From contig NC_068990.1 of NCBI RefSeq assembly GCF_001194135.2, forward strand, positions 360,893-407,978: 47,086 nucleotides of DNA, read 5' to 3'. The stretch comes from Octopus bimaculoides. Taxonomy: Eukaryota. Both the position numbers and the translations under genes were made by a program. This document shows positions 24,011 through 35,149 of this stretch, in pieces. The notes under the pieces were generated by a model. The model worked only from the letters and a program-made list of their open reading frames with translations, was not told the DNA's origin and did no database searches. Numbering within the stretch: position 1 is the stretch's first letter; every line of letters begins with the position of its first letter.

Positions 24011-24354
24011 CAGTTCCCTCCCATTCAACATGTTAAGAGGTATCCCTTCTTTGTTAACATTTGTTAACTGTTCCTAAAAAGAATTAGGCGCAGGCGTGGC
24101 ATAGGCGTAGGAGTGGCATAGGCGTGGCATAGGCGTAGGAGTGGCATAGGCGTGGCATAGGCGTAGGCGTGACATATGCGCAGGTGTGGTTGTGTGGTAA
24201 GAAGTTTGCTTCCAAACAACATAGTTCCGGCTTCAGTTCCACTGCGTAACACCTTGAGCAAATGTCTTCTATAGTTTCGGGTCGACCAAAATCATATGAG
24301 TGAATTGGGTAGAGCGAAGAGGAAAGAAGCCCGTCGTATGTATATCTAAGTGTG

Positions 24355-24393
<39 letters not shown>

Positions 24394-24557
24394 GTGTGTG
24401 TGCGCGCGCGCGTTTGCTTCTGTGTTTGTCCCCACCACCGCTTCATAACCGGTGTTAGTGTGTTTACGTCCCCGTAACCTATTAGTTTGGCAATAGAGTC
24501 CATTAAAATAAGTGACACGTTAAAAATAAAGATAAAAAATACTGGGATCAATTCATT

Positions 24558-24700
24558 ATTTACATTATTTATATTTGACGGATGTTTGTCCTATTCTCGT
24601 TTGTTGTTAACACAACGTTTCGGCTGATATACTTTCCAGCCTTCATCAGGTGTCTTAGGGAAATTTTGAACCTGGGTTCTCAATCCTAAGGTATTTTTTT

Positions 24701-24738
<38 letters not shown>

Positions 24739-24748
24739 CATTATTATT

Positions 24749-24822
<74 letters not shown>

Positions 24823-24890
24823 GGTCACTGTCTGGAATCGAACTCGGAATCTTGGGGTTAGTAGCCCGCGCTCTTAACCACTACGCCATA
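24558..24890 (-). mobile_element. tRNA-headed SINE with (AAT)n/(GAT)n linker and hammerhead-bearing tail, TSD-flanked
   Basis: A box TGGCGTAGTGG (24888-24878) and B box GAGTTCGATTCC (24845-24834). 15-bp TSD with one mismatch: TGGGATCAATTCATT (24543-24557) and TGGGATCAATTCGTT (24891-24905). Confidence 0.88.
24609..24654 (-). ncRNA. Minimal type I hammerhead ribozyme (dimer-type stem III)
   Basis: Minus strand: GACAC-CUGAUGA-A-GGCUG(GAAAGUAUAU)CAGCC-GAA-ACGU-U-GUGUU. Intact core, palindromic ACGU stem III and a GUU site. Confidence 0.8.
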
Positions 24891-25249
24891 TGGGATCAAT
24901 TCGTTCGACTAAAATTCTTCAAGCCGGTGCTCCAGCATGGCCACAATCTAATGAGTGAAGCAAGTAAAAGATAAATAGATATGCTAATATACCTGGCTTT
25001 CCTCATTCGTTAACATTAATTACTCACATGGACCACCGCTAGCCGACTTAGAAATAAACAGTCATAAAAGACATCTGATTTATGGTCACTTACATAATCA
25101 CAAGAATTCTGAAGTAACAATGTGGGGAGCTCTGTGTTGCCCTCATGACATCACGCAAACATTTACACGTCTTACAACTTATGACGTTTATTGTCTTTCT
25201 CATCTGGCTACAAGCTCACACTTTTGTCTTCTGTTTTTTTTTTATATCT

Positions 25250-25645
25250 TTATTTTTTACTTGTTTCACGACTTGTGGTCTTCTTGGAATGCTACCTTGA
25301 CGAGTTTAGTCGGAAAAATCGCCAGAGTGCTTATTTTTGAAGCCTGGCACTTACTCTATCGGTATCTTTCGCTGAATCGTTATGTTACAGGAACGCAAAC
25401 GGACCATCACCGGTTGTCAAGCGGCAGTGAGACACACACACACACACACACAGATGTATGCATATGATCACATACATGCACACACATGCACACCCACATG
25501 CTCACACACATACACAGTGCACACACACGCATCCACATATATATGTCGGACTTCCATGCAGTTTCCATCTACCAAATTTACACAGTAATTGTGTGAATTT
25601 GAAAGTATGTGGAGACACTTGTCCAGGGTGTTGCGCTATGGGACA
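25250..25645 (-). mobile_element. Old SINE family A copy with an expanded internal CA repeat
   Basis: Decayed tail (TTTTACTTGTTTC...CCGGTTGTCAAGCGG) and head (CAGTTTCCATCTACCAAATT...GAGACACTTGTCCAGGGTG). Confidence 0.7.
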
Positions 25646-25734
25646 AACACAAAGTCATACACAAATACAGTACATACATATATGTATGTATGTCTCTTCT
25701 ATCTTTTAATTATTATAAATCTTTCACTTAGGAG

Positions 25735-26125
25735 GGAGCCGGTTTCCAACAAAGATACAAGGCTCCATCTGACAAATTCACATTTGGAACTTGGGAAGGG
25801 TCTTGCATATTTTTACTGCTCCACTCACAGATTGCACTTGTCATGTACGAATTAGCCGGTCGATTTCTCTTTCTTAACATCCCACTTTTTCCAGATTCTC
25901 CATTAAACATTTACAAGCAAAACCTAGCGCTCCAATTATTATTGATATGAATATGAATTCAAAGTCTGGATATAGAAGCTGGTGGTTTCGAAGCAGTTGT
26001 CCATAGATATCCTCCTTTTCTTTGATTTTCAAAGAGATATTTTCGACTGTATGTATGTATGTATATATGTATGTATGTCTAGTAGTACGAGCAACATCGT
26101 AGAATAGTGATGAATCTGCGAGATT
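25735..26125 (-). pseudogene. 3' end of a restriction-like-endonuclease (R4/NeSL-like) non-LTR retrotransposon
   Basis: YDVART then NISLKIKEKEDIYGQLLRNHQLLYPDFEFIFISIIIGALG...SVSGAVKICKT, matching the RLE C-terminal KEK..Y and P.IIGALG pattern. The PD-(D/E) part is deleted. Confidence 0.65.
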
Positions 26126-26910
26126 ATCTGAATGGCGCGCCAAGGAAAAATTACCTTGAAATTTTCTTAGTAGTGTCATGTTTCATGCGGCCCGCGTCTC
26201 GAAAACGGTTACCCAAGCCTGGCATAGGAGCCTACTGCGTTTTGTTGTTCCTATTGTCGTTGTTGTTAATGAGGGTTGTTTGTTGTTGTTATTGTTGTCG
26301 TCGTTGTTTCCGTTGTTACCTTCCTCGTCGCTGTCATCGTCATCGCCTTCGCTTTCACCTTCACTTTCGCCGTGTCAGCCTTCGTTGTTGTCATCGTCAT
26401 CACCGTTGTTTCTGTCGCCACTTCTCCCCACCACCACCGTCGTCATCGTCGTCGTCGTCCTTGTGTTTCGTATTATCAGTGTCTGCAGAGATCTCAGAAG
26501 CTAAATGCTCAACTTAAGGAAGCGAAATACTTTACAATAATCCGGAGCATATTACATAAAAGAAAGTGAATACACTTACGTATTCAGAATGAATTTATGA
26601 CGACATCATTACGAAGCAAAACTTTTAAAACACACCGGTTGTATTTGACACCATCCTGTTTGCAAATAAGTATGTAGGTTTGTATGCGCGCATATCCGGA
26701 TTTTGCCGATTGAAACTGATTAAAATCACAGTATTTTATTACATAGTCTTTTTAAGACCGATTATTAGGGTTTGTTTATAGGATGTAACATTTAACTCAT
26801 TACATAACAGTAATATATCATTTCTATCATTGGTGCAGGTGTAGTTGTGTTGTAAAAAGTCTGGTCCACAACCACATGATTATGTGTAATGTATGTATAT
26901 ATATGTCTAT

Positions 26911-26944
<34 letters not shown>

Positions 26945-27096
26945 GTACATGTATGTATATATATATATATATNNNNNNNNNNNNNNNNNNNNNNNNNNNN
27001 NNNNNNNNNNNNNNNNNNNNNNNNNNNNNNNNNNNNNNNNNNNNNNNNNNNNNNNNNNNNNNNNNNNNNATATGTATTTATATATATATATATATT

Positions 27097-27149
<53 letters not shown>

Positions 27150-27849
27150 ATGTATCTATAGTCACAATTTGGATATTTAAACCTCTTTTAGGGATATTTT
27201 ATCCAAGATACACTAGTTTAATATATTATATTTTGAAGAAATATTTCTTCAACGAATATATTATATAAAACATCGTAACATATTAAATATCATTATCGAG
27301 TTAGAAAACAGAGGGATTTAATGGATACAAATCAATGTATTAATTAATTAACATATTCACTTACAATTGTTTCATTTCAGAACCAAAATTAAAATTATAA
27401 ATATACGTTTTATAATTACATATCTATATGTTTTGTAGCTTTAATTTTGGTTGTGAAATGAAACAGTTGTAGGTGAATATGTTAATTAACTAATAAATTA
27501 ATTTGTATCCATCAGATCGCTGTTTTCTTACTCGATAATAATAAGGATACGGGAGCCAAGGAAGCAGCAACCAGAAGCCCCTCTGTGTCAGTGGTCCTAC
27601 AAAGGAACGGAGCCCTCACCCCATTGGACAACCAAAGGAATGTAGTTCCCACCACAAGAAAAGGAAAGACAGAACACGAGCACAAACATAAAGAAGGAAA
27701 GAGAGAAAAATAAGAAAAGGCAAAAATGAAATAACCAAAACCAAAACCCCAACTCACCAAACAAAAAACAGAAAACTGAAACATGGAGGATTCAATGCAA
27801 TCCAAAACCCTAGAGGAGAAAAGAAATTTGGAGGGCACTCAAGGACCTA

Positions 27850-29115
27850 CAGAAATTCCGTATTGCGATGGGAACGAAAGCAGCGCCTGTCCTTGCGAAC
27901 CTAATAATGGGTTTCTTTGAATCTATCCTATATGAACTTTCGCTCCAAAAATTTGGAACTCCATTCCACCAGTATATAAGAGAAAACTGGAAAAGGTACT
28001 TAGACGATTGTTTTATCTGGAATGAAACCTATGATAAACTTCTGGATTTCAAATCTACATTGAACAATATAAACCCCAACATCCAATTTTCAATGGAATA
28101 TATAGCAAGGAACAAAAAAGTCCAACAACCAAATTGCAACCGACATTTACTACAAACCAACAGACTCAAAACAGTATCTCCTTTTCAGTTGATGCCATCC
28201 TAAACACACCAAAATAAATATCCCATTCAATCTAGCAAAAAGGATCTGTACAATTGTATCTGACACAACCACTCGGGAACTTCGCCTACAAGAACTCAAA
28301 ATAACACTCATTGAACGTCAATACCCACCTACACTTATAGAACATGGAATTAAACGTGCCAAGAATTTGGACACAAACACACTAAGGACAAAAACACAAA
28401 ACACCACACCTCACCTTAAATCACTCCCATACATATCAACCCACAACCCCAGAAACAATGAAGCATACAACACAATTATACAAAATCTCACTCTGCTCAC
28501 TGAAGACCCAAAAATGAACAGCGTCCTAAATACACACAAACTACTAAAATGTAAAAGACAAGACGAATCACTCAAGAGACAAATGCAAAACTATACTCAA
28601 TACAAACGATACCAACAGTTAAAAAATGCAGACGACCTAATTGTGGTACATGCCCACACCTAACTGAAGGCTCGGAATTTACATTCCAGCAAGGACAAAA
28701 ATTCTCAGTTATGACCAACTTCACATGTGCTTCCCAGAACCTTATCTGTGTCCTAACCTGCTCAGGTTGTAGTCACAATTATGTGGGCCAAGCGAGCCTT
28801 ACTTTGAGACGCAGAGTCACGCTACATAAAGAACAGATTCGTTTCCCTCAATACAGGCAGAGAGCACTTAGCGGACACATCGACAGATACGCAAGTAAAA
28901 AAACGCCGAATTTTCATATCTTCCCATTATACCAATGCAAAGATTCAATCTCAGTACAATAACGCCTAAACAAGGAAAACCTGTTCATACGAAAGTACAG
29001 ACCAAACCTCAATATACAACTATGACTATTTAAAAAAATTCCCCTAAGGAGCCAGTTATTCCCCTTGCCACCTGTTGCTTCCATTGGTTCACCGTCTAGA
29101 CTCATTCTTCTAATT
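27850..29115 (+). mobile_element. Penelope-like retroelement, 3' half (RT, thumb, GIY-YIG), decayed
   Basis: IAMGTKAAPVLANLIMG, WKRYLDDCF, S*CHPKHTKINIP, KCRRPNCGTC, NLICVLTC..C..NYVGQ, LHKEQI and KENLFIRKYRPNLN. Coding relic ends at about 29025. Confidence 0.9.
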
Positions 29116-29292
29116 CTTCAAAATATATATACATATATATATATATACGCATATAAACACACAGGCACGCACATACACACACACACACACACACATACAC
29201 ACACACACACACAAACACACACACAAACAAATACAAACACACACATACATGCACACACACACACACACNNNNNNNNNNCACACACATACATG

Positions 29293-29332
<40 letters not shown>

Positions 29333-29402
29333 CACAAACAAATACAAACGCACACATACAAGCACACACACACACACACACACACAAACAATAGTATATA
29401 TA

Positions 29403-29612
29403 TTATTGTGTCTGGGGAGAGCCATTCTCTTTTAGTGTCTTATTATTTAACATACGGGTTCAATTTTCATTCATTTACTTACGTACTTTTTCTAAAATTT
29501 TCGTTGCGTCTTCCAACCTTTTCAATAATCGTTGACTCTGTCCATTATCCGAGATGCATTCTTTTTGTTTATTTGTGCGCGTGTTTGTGGGTCAGTGTGC
29601 GTGCGCATATAC

Positions 29613-29643
<31 letters not shown>

Positions 29644-29887
29644 TGTATGTATGTATGTATGCATGTATGTGTCGATGGATGGATATATGTACGTATGCAT
29701 GTATGTGTGTGTATGCATGTACGTGTGTGTATGCATATACATATGTATGCATGTGCATACGTTTGAATGTATGTATTCTCCATATTCATGTGTTTGTGTG
29801 TGTGTGTGTGTATGCATACATTTGTGTGTGTGTGCATGCCTCTGTGTGTATATATGCGTATATAGAAATAGATATAGATATATATAC

Positions 29888-29969
<82 letters not shown>

Positions 29970-30188
29970 ACATATATGCATATATATGTAAGTAAATGGA
30001 TCTGAATATAAACAGATAGACATACAGATAGATAGGCACACAGGTAATATGGATAGACACGCACACACACACGCACACACATACAGACACACACACACCC
30101 ATACACACACATATAAACACACAAACACGAACACACAAACACATGAATATGCAGAATACATACAAACGTACATACATGCATATATACA

Positions 30189-30220
<32 letters not shown>

Positions 30221-30682
30221 AATATATATATANNNNNNNNNNNNNNNNNNNNNNNNNNNNNNNNNNNNNNNNNNNNNNNNNNNNNNNNNNNNNNNNNNNN
30301 NNNNNNNNNNNNNNNNNNNNNNNNNNNNNNNNNNNNNNNNNNNNNNNNNNNNNNNNNNNNNNNNNNNNNNNNNNNNNNNNNNNNNNNNNNNNNNNNNNNN
30401 NNNNNNNNNNNNNNNNNNNNNNNNNNNNNNNNNNNNNNNNNNNNNNNNNNNNNNNNNNNNNNNNNNNNNNNNNNNNNNNNNNNNNNNNNNNNNNNNNNNN
30501 NNNNNNNNNNNNNNNNNNNNNNNNNNNNNNNNNNNNNNNNNNNNNNNNNNNNNNNNNNNNNNNNNNNNNNNNNNNNNNNNNNNNNNNNNNNNNNNNNNNN
30601 NNNNNNNNNNNNNNNNNNNNNNNNNNNNNNNNNNNNNNNNNNNNNNNNACTAAAAGAGAATGACTCTCCCTAGACACAATAA
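29403..30682. repeat. Tails-out inverted repeat pair; right arm mostly in a gap
   Basis: TTATTGTGTCTGGGGAGAGCCATTCTCTTTTAGT (from about 29402) vs ACTAAAAGAGAATGACTCTCCCTAGACACAATAA (30649-30682). An inner inverted match links about 29740-29800 and 30120-30180. Confidence 0.75.
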
Positions 30683-30742
30683 AATATGCTTCAACACACG
30701 AATTTACATAAAGAATCTTGCAAACCAAATCCCCAAACGAAA

Positions 30743-30783
<41 letters not shown>

Positions 30784-30789
30784 GTGCGC

Positions 30790-30824
<35 letters not shown>

Positions 30825-30859
30825 AATGTAAAAATAGTTTGCGTAGTAAGCCTAGCAAA

Positions 30860-32935
30860 TGAGCTTTTAGTGTTAATTCGGGCACAGTTGAGGCGAAATT
30901 CTGAACTGAAGAATTGGCCAAAGAAAATGCCACATACCTCGAGCAGAGGGCTGTCAAAGTAAAGGTAGTGGAGGCACCTTCAGAAATTGATATCTCTTTG
31001 CTCGTAGCAGCCGTATCGTATGGCATACAGGACAAAATTAAAATTCTGTAAGTCCACAAATTGGGAAAAGAAAATTGGTCAGGCACAGGGATGGAACTGC
31101 TTTTGCACGCTGATTTAAGAACTGCCGAAAAAATCCCTGACCTGATCAACCTACCCGGTGGAATACAACTACTTGTACCAGTAGAGGGCATATAACCGAG
31201 ATACCACATTTGCAGCGAAACAAGCCATTTAAAAGCGGCTATCTGCTCAACGCTAAGAGAAAAAAAACTCAGCTACTGCAGACACCCCTAATACAGCAAC
31301 AACAACAACAAAAACAACAGCACCACCACCAAGAACACCAACAGCTTCAACGCCAAGAGCAACAGCATCTAAAACCAAAACAACAGCATCAACAGAAGGA
31401 ACAGCAGGAGAAATCCATTCAACAGCATCAGCAGTAAGCACCGGTATCCCCATCGAGAAAAACTAAAACAACACATAATACACCATGGCAACCGAGAGAA
31501 GCCTCACTCATACCAGTAGACCAGACCAGCAGCCTAGAAATGCGCAACTGTGCAGACATAGCTCATCTCTTACCATAGATTTTTCCGTCTGTAAAAACTC
31601 GGCTAGTGAGGAAAACAGTCTTGCAAACTCTGCAGAATGGATCCTGGTGAAATAGAAAAGGAAAAGAAATTACAAAATGAAAAGCGCGGTACAAGACTAA
31701 AATCAAAAAAATTAGAGTGGGTGACACAGAAATCAACAAACCATCACAAGCCCACACATCCCACCCCGACAAATTTTCAAACATCCCCGACATCACAAAC
31801 ACCCCAACAAACGAAAACGTAGCAACCCTGATCAACAGCAAGAGCAGCAATCCCAATGCGTCACTAATTACATGGCCATTAACATAAATAGCAAGAACTT
31901 AGTAAGACATATTCAAAATAACACAGACATCACTCTAAATGAATACATCACACACACGCAAAATACTCCTATTGCTATAAAAATTATAAAAACAACGCAA
32001 AAAAACTCACAACAAACTGAAAGCAAAATATCCCAAAGGAATCGGAGATTTCCGTGGGACCGTAAATAAAACACTCTACAAAGAAATGCACCCACAAATA
32101 ACCAGGACACAACATCTGTTTCTACGCAATAACTAGAGTGTTTCTCATCATTGTCTCTGACACGCATGGAATTGCTCGGGATAGGCAGTATAAGTGCACG
32201 TGTCCTAAGTTCGCCTTGGAAACACATCCACCTACTCAGTGACCTCAGGTCTCTAGGTATAGATGTATCAGCGAAACAAAACTCTCCGACCGACGAGCTT
32301 TCATACCCCATTCAGTAGAAACGTGATTTACTTATCTCGATGTCAACCGGGAATGGTGGGTGGAACAGCGGTGTTATCCCAGAGAGGTCTTGATCTGGAG
32401 ATAAGGACTGTCTTCCTGGACCCAGAAGGTATGTTGGTAGTCTTGGATATAAGCAGTAGCAATGGGACTGCTTTCAGACTGGTGGCTGTCCATGGTCCGA
32501 TAGGAATAGGACAACCAGATTTATTCAGACGTCTGGAGGTTTTCCTGAGAACGCCTCAAACTTTAGTTGCTAATGGGTGAATGGAATGCCATCTTGGACG
32601 CACGTTTGGATTGTGTGGGGTTAGCAAAAACTTCACAAACATGCTCAAACGTTTTCAACTGTCTGACAGGTACCGACTAGATTTCCTGGGTGTGCAAGTG
32701 TGCACATCAACAAATCGTATCGGGCCATTTATGTCGTATTTAAATAGAGCATTTGTAGGTTGGTAGATAAGGATAGCATAAGTTGTCCACTTTTCAAAAT
32801 TGTCGGTTACATCGACCACAAATTTCTGATCTGCGCTATCGACTTGGACTTCGTGGGCAAAGACTCGGATACTAGAAGCAGAACGCGTCACTCCTGGCGT
32901 GCCAAACTTACAGAGACCGCATTAGCGAATTAGTT
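30860..32935 (+). mobile_element. Tx1/L1-like LINE 5' portion (ORF1 plus APE endonuclease), decayed
   Basis: ORF1 relic ...LLVPVEGI*PRYHICSETSHLKAAIC (degenerate CCHC knuckle) followed by a Thr/Ala/Pro-rich linker. APE relic LLSDLRSLGIDV, FRLVAVHGP, LSDRYRLD, SYLNRAFV, YIDHKF. Confidence 0.8.
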
Positions 32936-32949
32936 AAGCAGCTGTTGAT

Positions 32950-34975
32950 GGGGTCAATTGTCAACAACAAATAGTAGTTTGCCTTTAAAGGGGTAATTAA
33001 AGTAGATTGGTTGGAATTGTATCTAAGTATCATTTCATTTTTCGTGGCTCCTATATAAGATTTCGTATGGTTATTTGCGAGTACATTGCATTGGTATATT
33101 ACGTTTTTTGTATTACACCTATTTGAGAATTATTTCTGTCTCTGCAGCCACATAAATTATTCAGTTTATCTTTGCTTGTGTTATGTCGAGTGGGGTTATT
33201 ATTTGCCATGTTGTTGTCCGTGTTGTTTGAGGGCGAGTTATTAGGGACGAGATTTATTCCATTTGCCTGTTGGCAGTTATGTTTTATATTGGTATTTTTC
33301 CTAGTTTCGTAGAAGGCGTCTAGCTTATTATTGTTGATCGAGGCTAATGTTGTTAGCTATCTTAGTTTGAAACTTATTATTATTTCTACAGTTTTTTTAT
33401 ATTGTTGGTAATAATCTTATCTATGTTGTGCATATTATTAATGTGGTTTTTAGTTTCGTTTGGAGTGTGGTTAGTGTTGTGATAATTGTCTTGGGCATTT
33501 ATGTTGTTCAGGTTATTTGTGTAATGTTCTAAGTCTAGCTATTTAATTTTTTCTTTATAACCTGCTTTTTCTAATGCGCTATTGTAGAACTCCTTATACT
33601 TATTAAAGATATCTAGGTTAGAAAAGAGGCGTGAAATTCTTTTGCTAATGCTATGTACTAATCCTCTTTTTATAAAGTTCGGATGGTTATTGGATGCGCT
33701 TATATACTTGAGGTTTGTATTAGGTTTTATGTAGGGTTCGTGGAGTCCCGTGGCTAGGTTGCAGTTGGCATCTAGGTAATTTATAGAGTTATATTCCTTT
33801 TCTATAGTAAGAGTTAGGCCGAATCTTTTAAAAAGTTTATATAATTTTTCTTAATTAGTTCTAATCTCCTATTTGAGACGTTTTTAGTATGAATAGTACA
33901 TCGTCCCTATATAGCCCACCCTTGATTTCTGGGAATTCTTCCTGTATCTATGATAACAAATAAATACTTACTAAGTCTGTTACCTGTGCTGAACCTGGGG
34001 CTCCCATGGTGATATCGAAGTTATTAGGGGAGTCTTTTCTTACCCATAGTTTATTATCAAAAGTTCTTACTGATTTTCTCGCTTCTAAGATTACATTAAT
34101 TTCCTTCATTGTTAGTTGGGTATGATTTTTGGCGAAGACAAGAGCACTATTAAAGCACGTAGGGTTAATAGATGAGTAGTATGTCTATTTGTAGGAACTT
34201 GTAGTCTTTCTTGTTCTGTATTCTGGAAAACCAGTTTAATGCTTCGTAGGTGTTGGGCCATAGTTCTAGGGATATCGTATTCTTTAATTTATGGATATAT
34301 TTATCTAATATTAATTTACTTAATTTACATAGATCGGACTTATTGGGGCATATTAATCTAACTTTCGTATCTGTTAAGAAATTAGGTTTATGGTCTTTTA
34401 TTGTTATGCAGGGTCTGGAAGGTACAAAGGGCTCGGTTTTCTCATTTATGTTGTAGTCTGTCATAATGTTCTTGGCTGATAAGTTCATATATCTTAAGGT
34501 GCTGTTAGAAGTTATTTTGTATTTTTTTTTGTAATTTCATTATGCAAAAGATGGTGCTATAAATTTATATCCAATGTGTAAGAATTCCTTGTTTTATCGG
34601 AGTGTACAATAATTCCCTTTTGCAATTTCAGTTTATATAGTAGGTCCTTTAGGTTTTTTAAGTAGCTGTTGTTCCTTAGTGGGTGTCGTTTGAATTGTAG
34701 TTTCTTAATAGTATCCCATAGTTCGTTTTCAAAGGCGTCTAAGTGGCTGTTTGGTGGAGGTGTTTTCCTAGTCTTGAAAATTCCTTTGGTAAAGTCATTG
34801 GTGTTTTGGTGGTGCATCGTCTCTGCTTGGTTGTTTTTATCATAGAACATGGCTTTCCATTGTAAGCGGTGGGTGAAGTCTGTTAATTTATTAATGACTT
34901 CTTTAAGATATACATTTTTAGGTGGAATCGGTATATCTTTTAAAGATGCTTCTATTGTTATTTGCTCCATTTATC
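32950..34975 (-). mobile_element. Penelope-like retroelement of a different clade, near-complete ORF relic
   Basis: SLKDIPIP, HSDKTRNSY, ITIKDHKPNF...RLICPNKSD, ITMGAPGSAQVTDLV, GLYRDD (33898-33918), SNNHPNFI, LCGCRD and VIYQC...SYIGAT (GIY-YIG). Confidence 0.88.
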
Positions 34976-35017
34976 CAGTATGTGCCTGGTTAATGCCTGG
35001 CTAAGGCATCTTAGTCA

Positions 35018-35107
<90 letters not shown>
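35018..35107. repeat. (CA)n microsatellite, about 45 units
   Basis: Read directly from the sequence. Confidence 0.95.
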
Positions 35108-35108
<1 letters not shown>

Positions 35109-35149
35109 GAAACATGCATACATACACACGCGCAGATATGCACACACAC

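Larger units (their letters stand above)
24087..24975 (+). mobile_element. SINE family A with an amplified 5' end, split by a nested insertion
   Basis: Head and body at 24175-24557; it resumes at 24891 with TGGGATCAATTCGTTCGACTAAAATTCTTCAAGCCGGTGCTCCAGCATGGCC. Confidence 0.88.

Noticed and set aside
24822-24890. Possible tRNA gene
   Set aside because: No acceptor stem closure, and it is embedded in a TSD-flanked insertion. It is a SINE head.
26270-26465. Cys/Arg/Ser/Val-rich ORFs, and similar ones at 6743-7010 and 24702-24974
   Set aside because: Translations of degenerate trinucleotide repeats (GTT/GTC/CAC, ACC/AAC, ATT/CAT).
31210-31437. Polyglutamine-rich ORF
   Set aside because: It is an off-frame reading of the Thr/Ala/Pro-rich linker of the LINE ORF1 relic.
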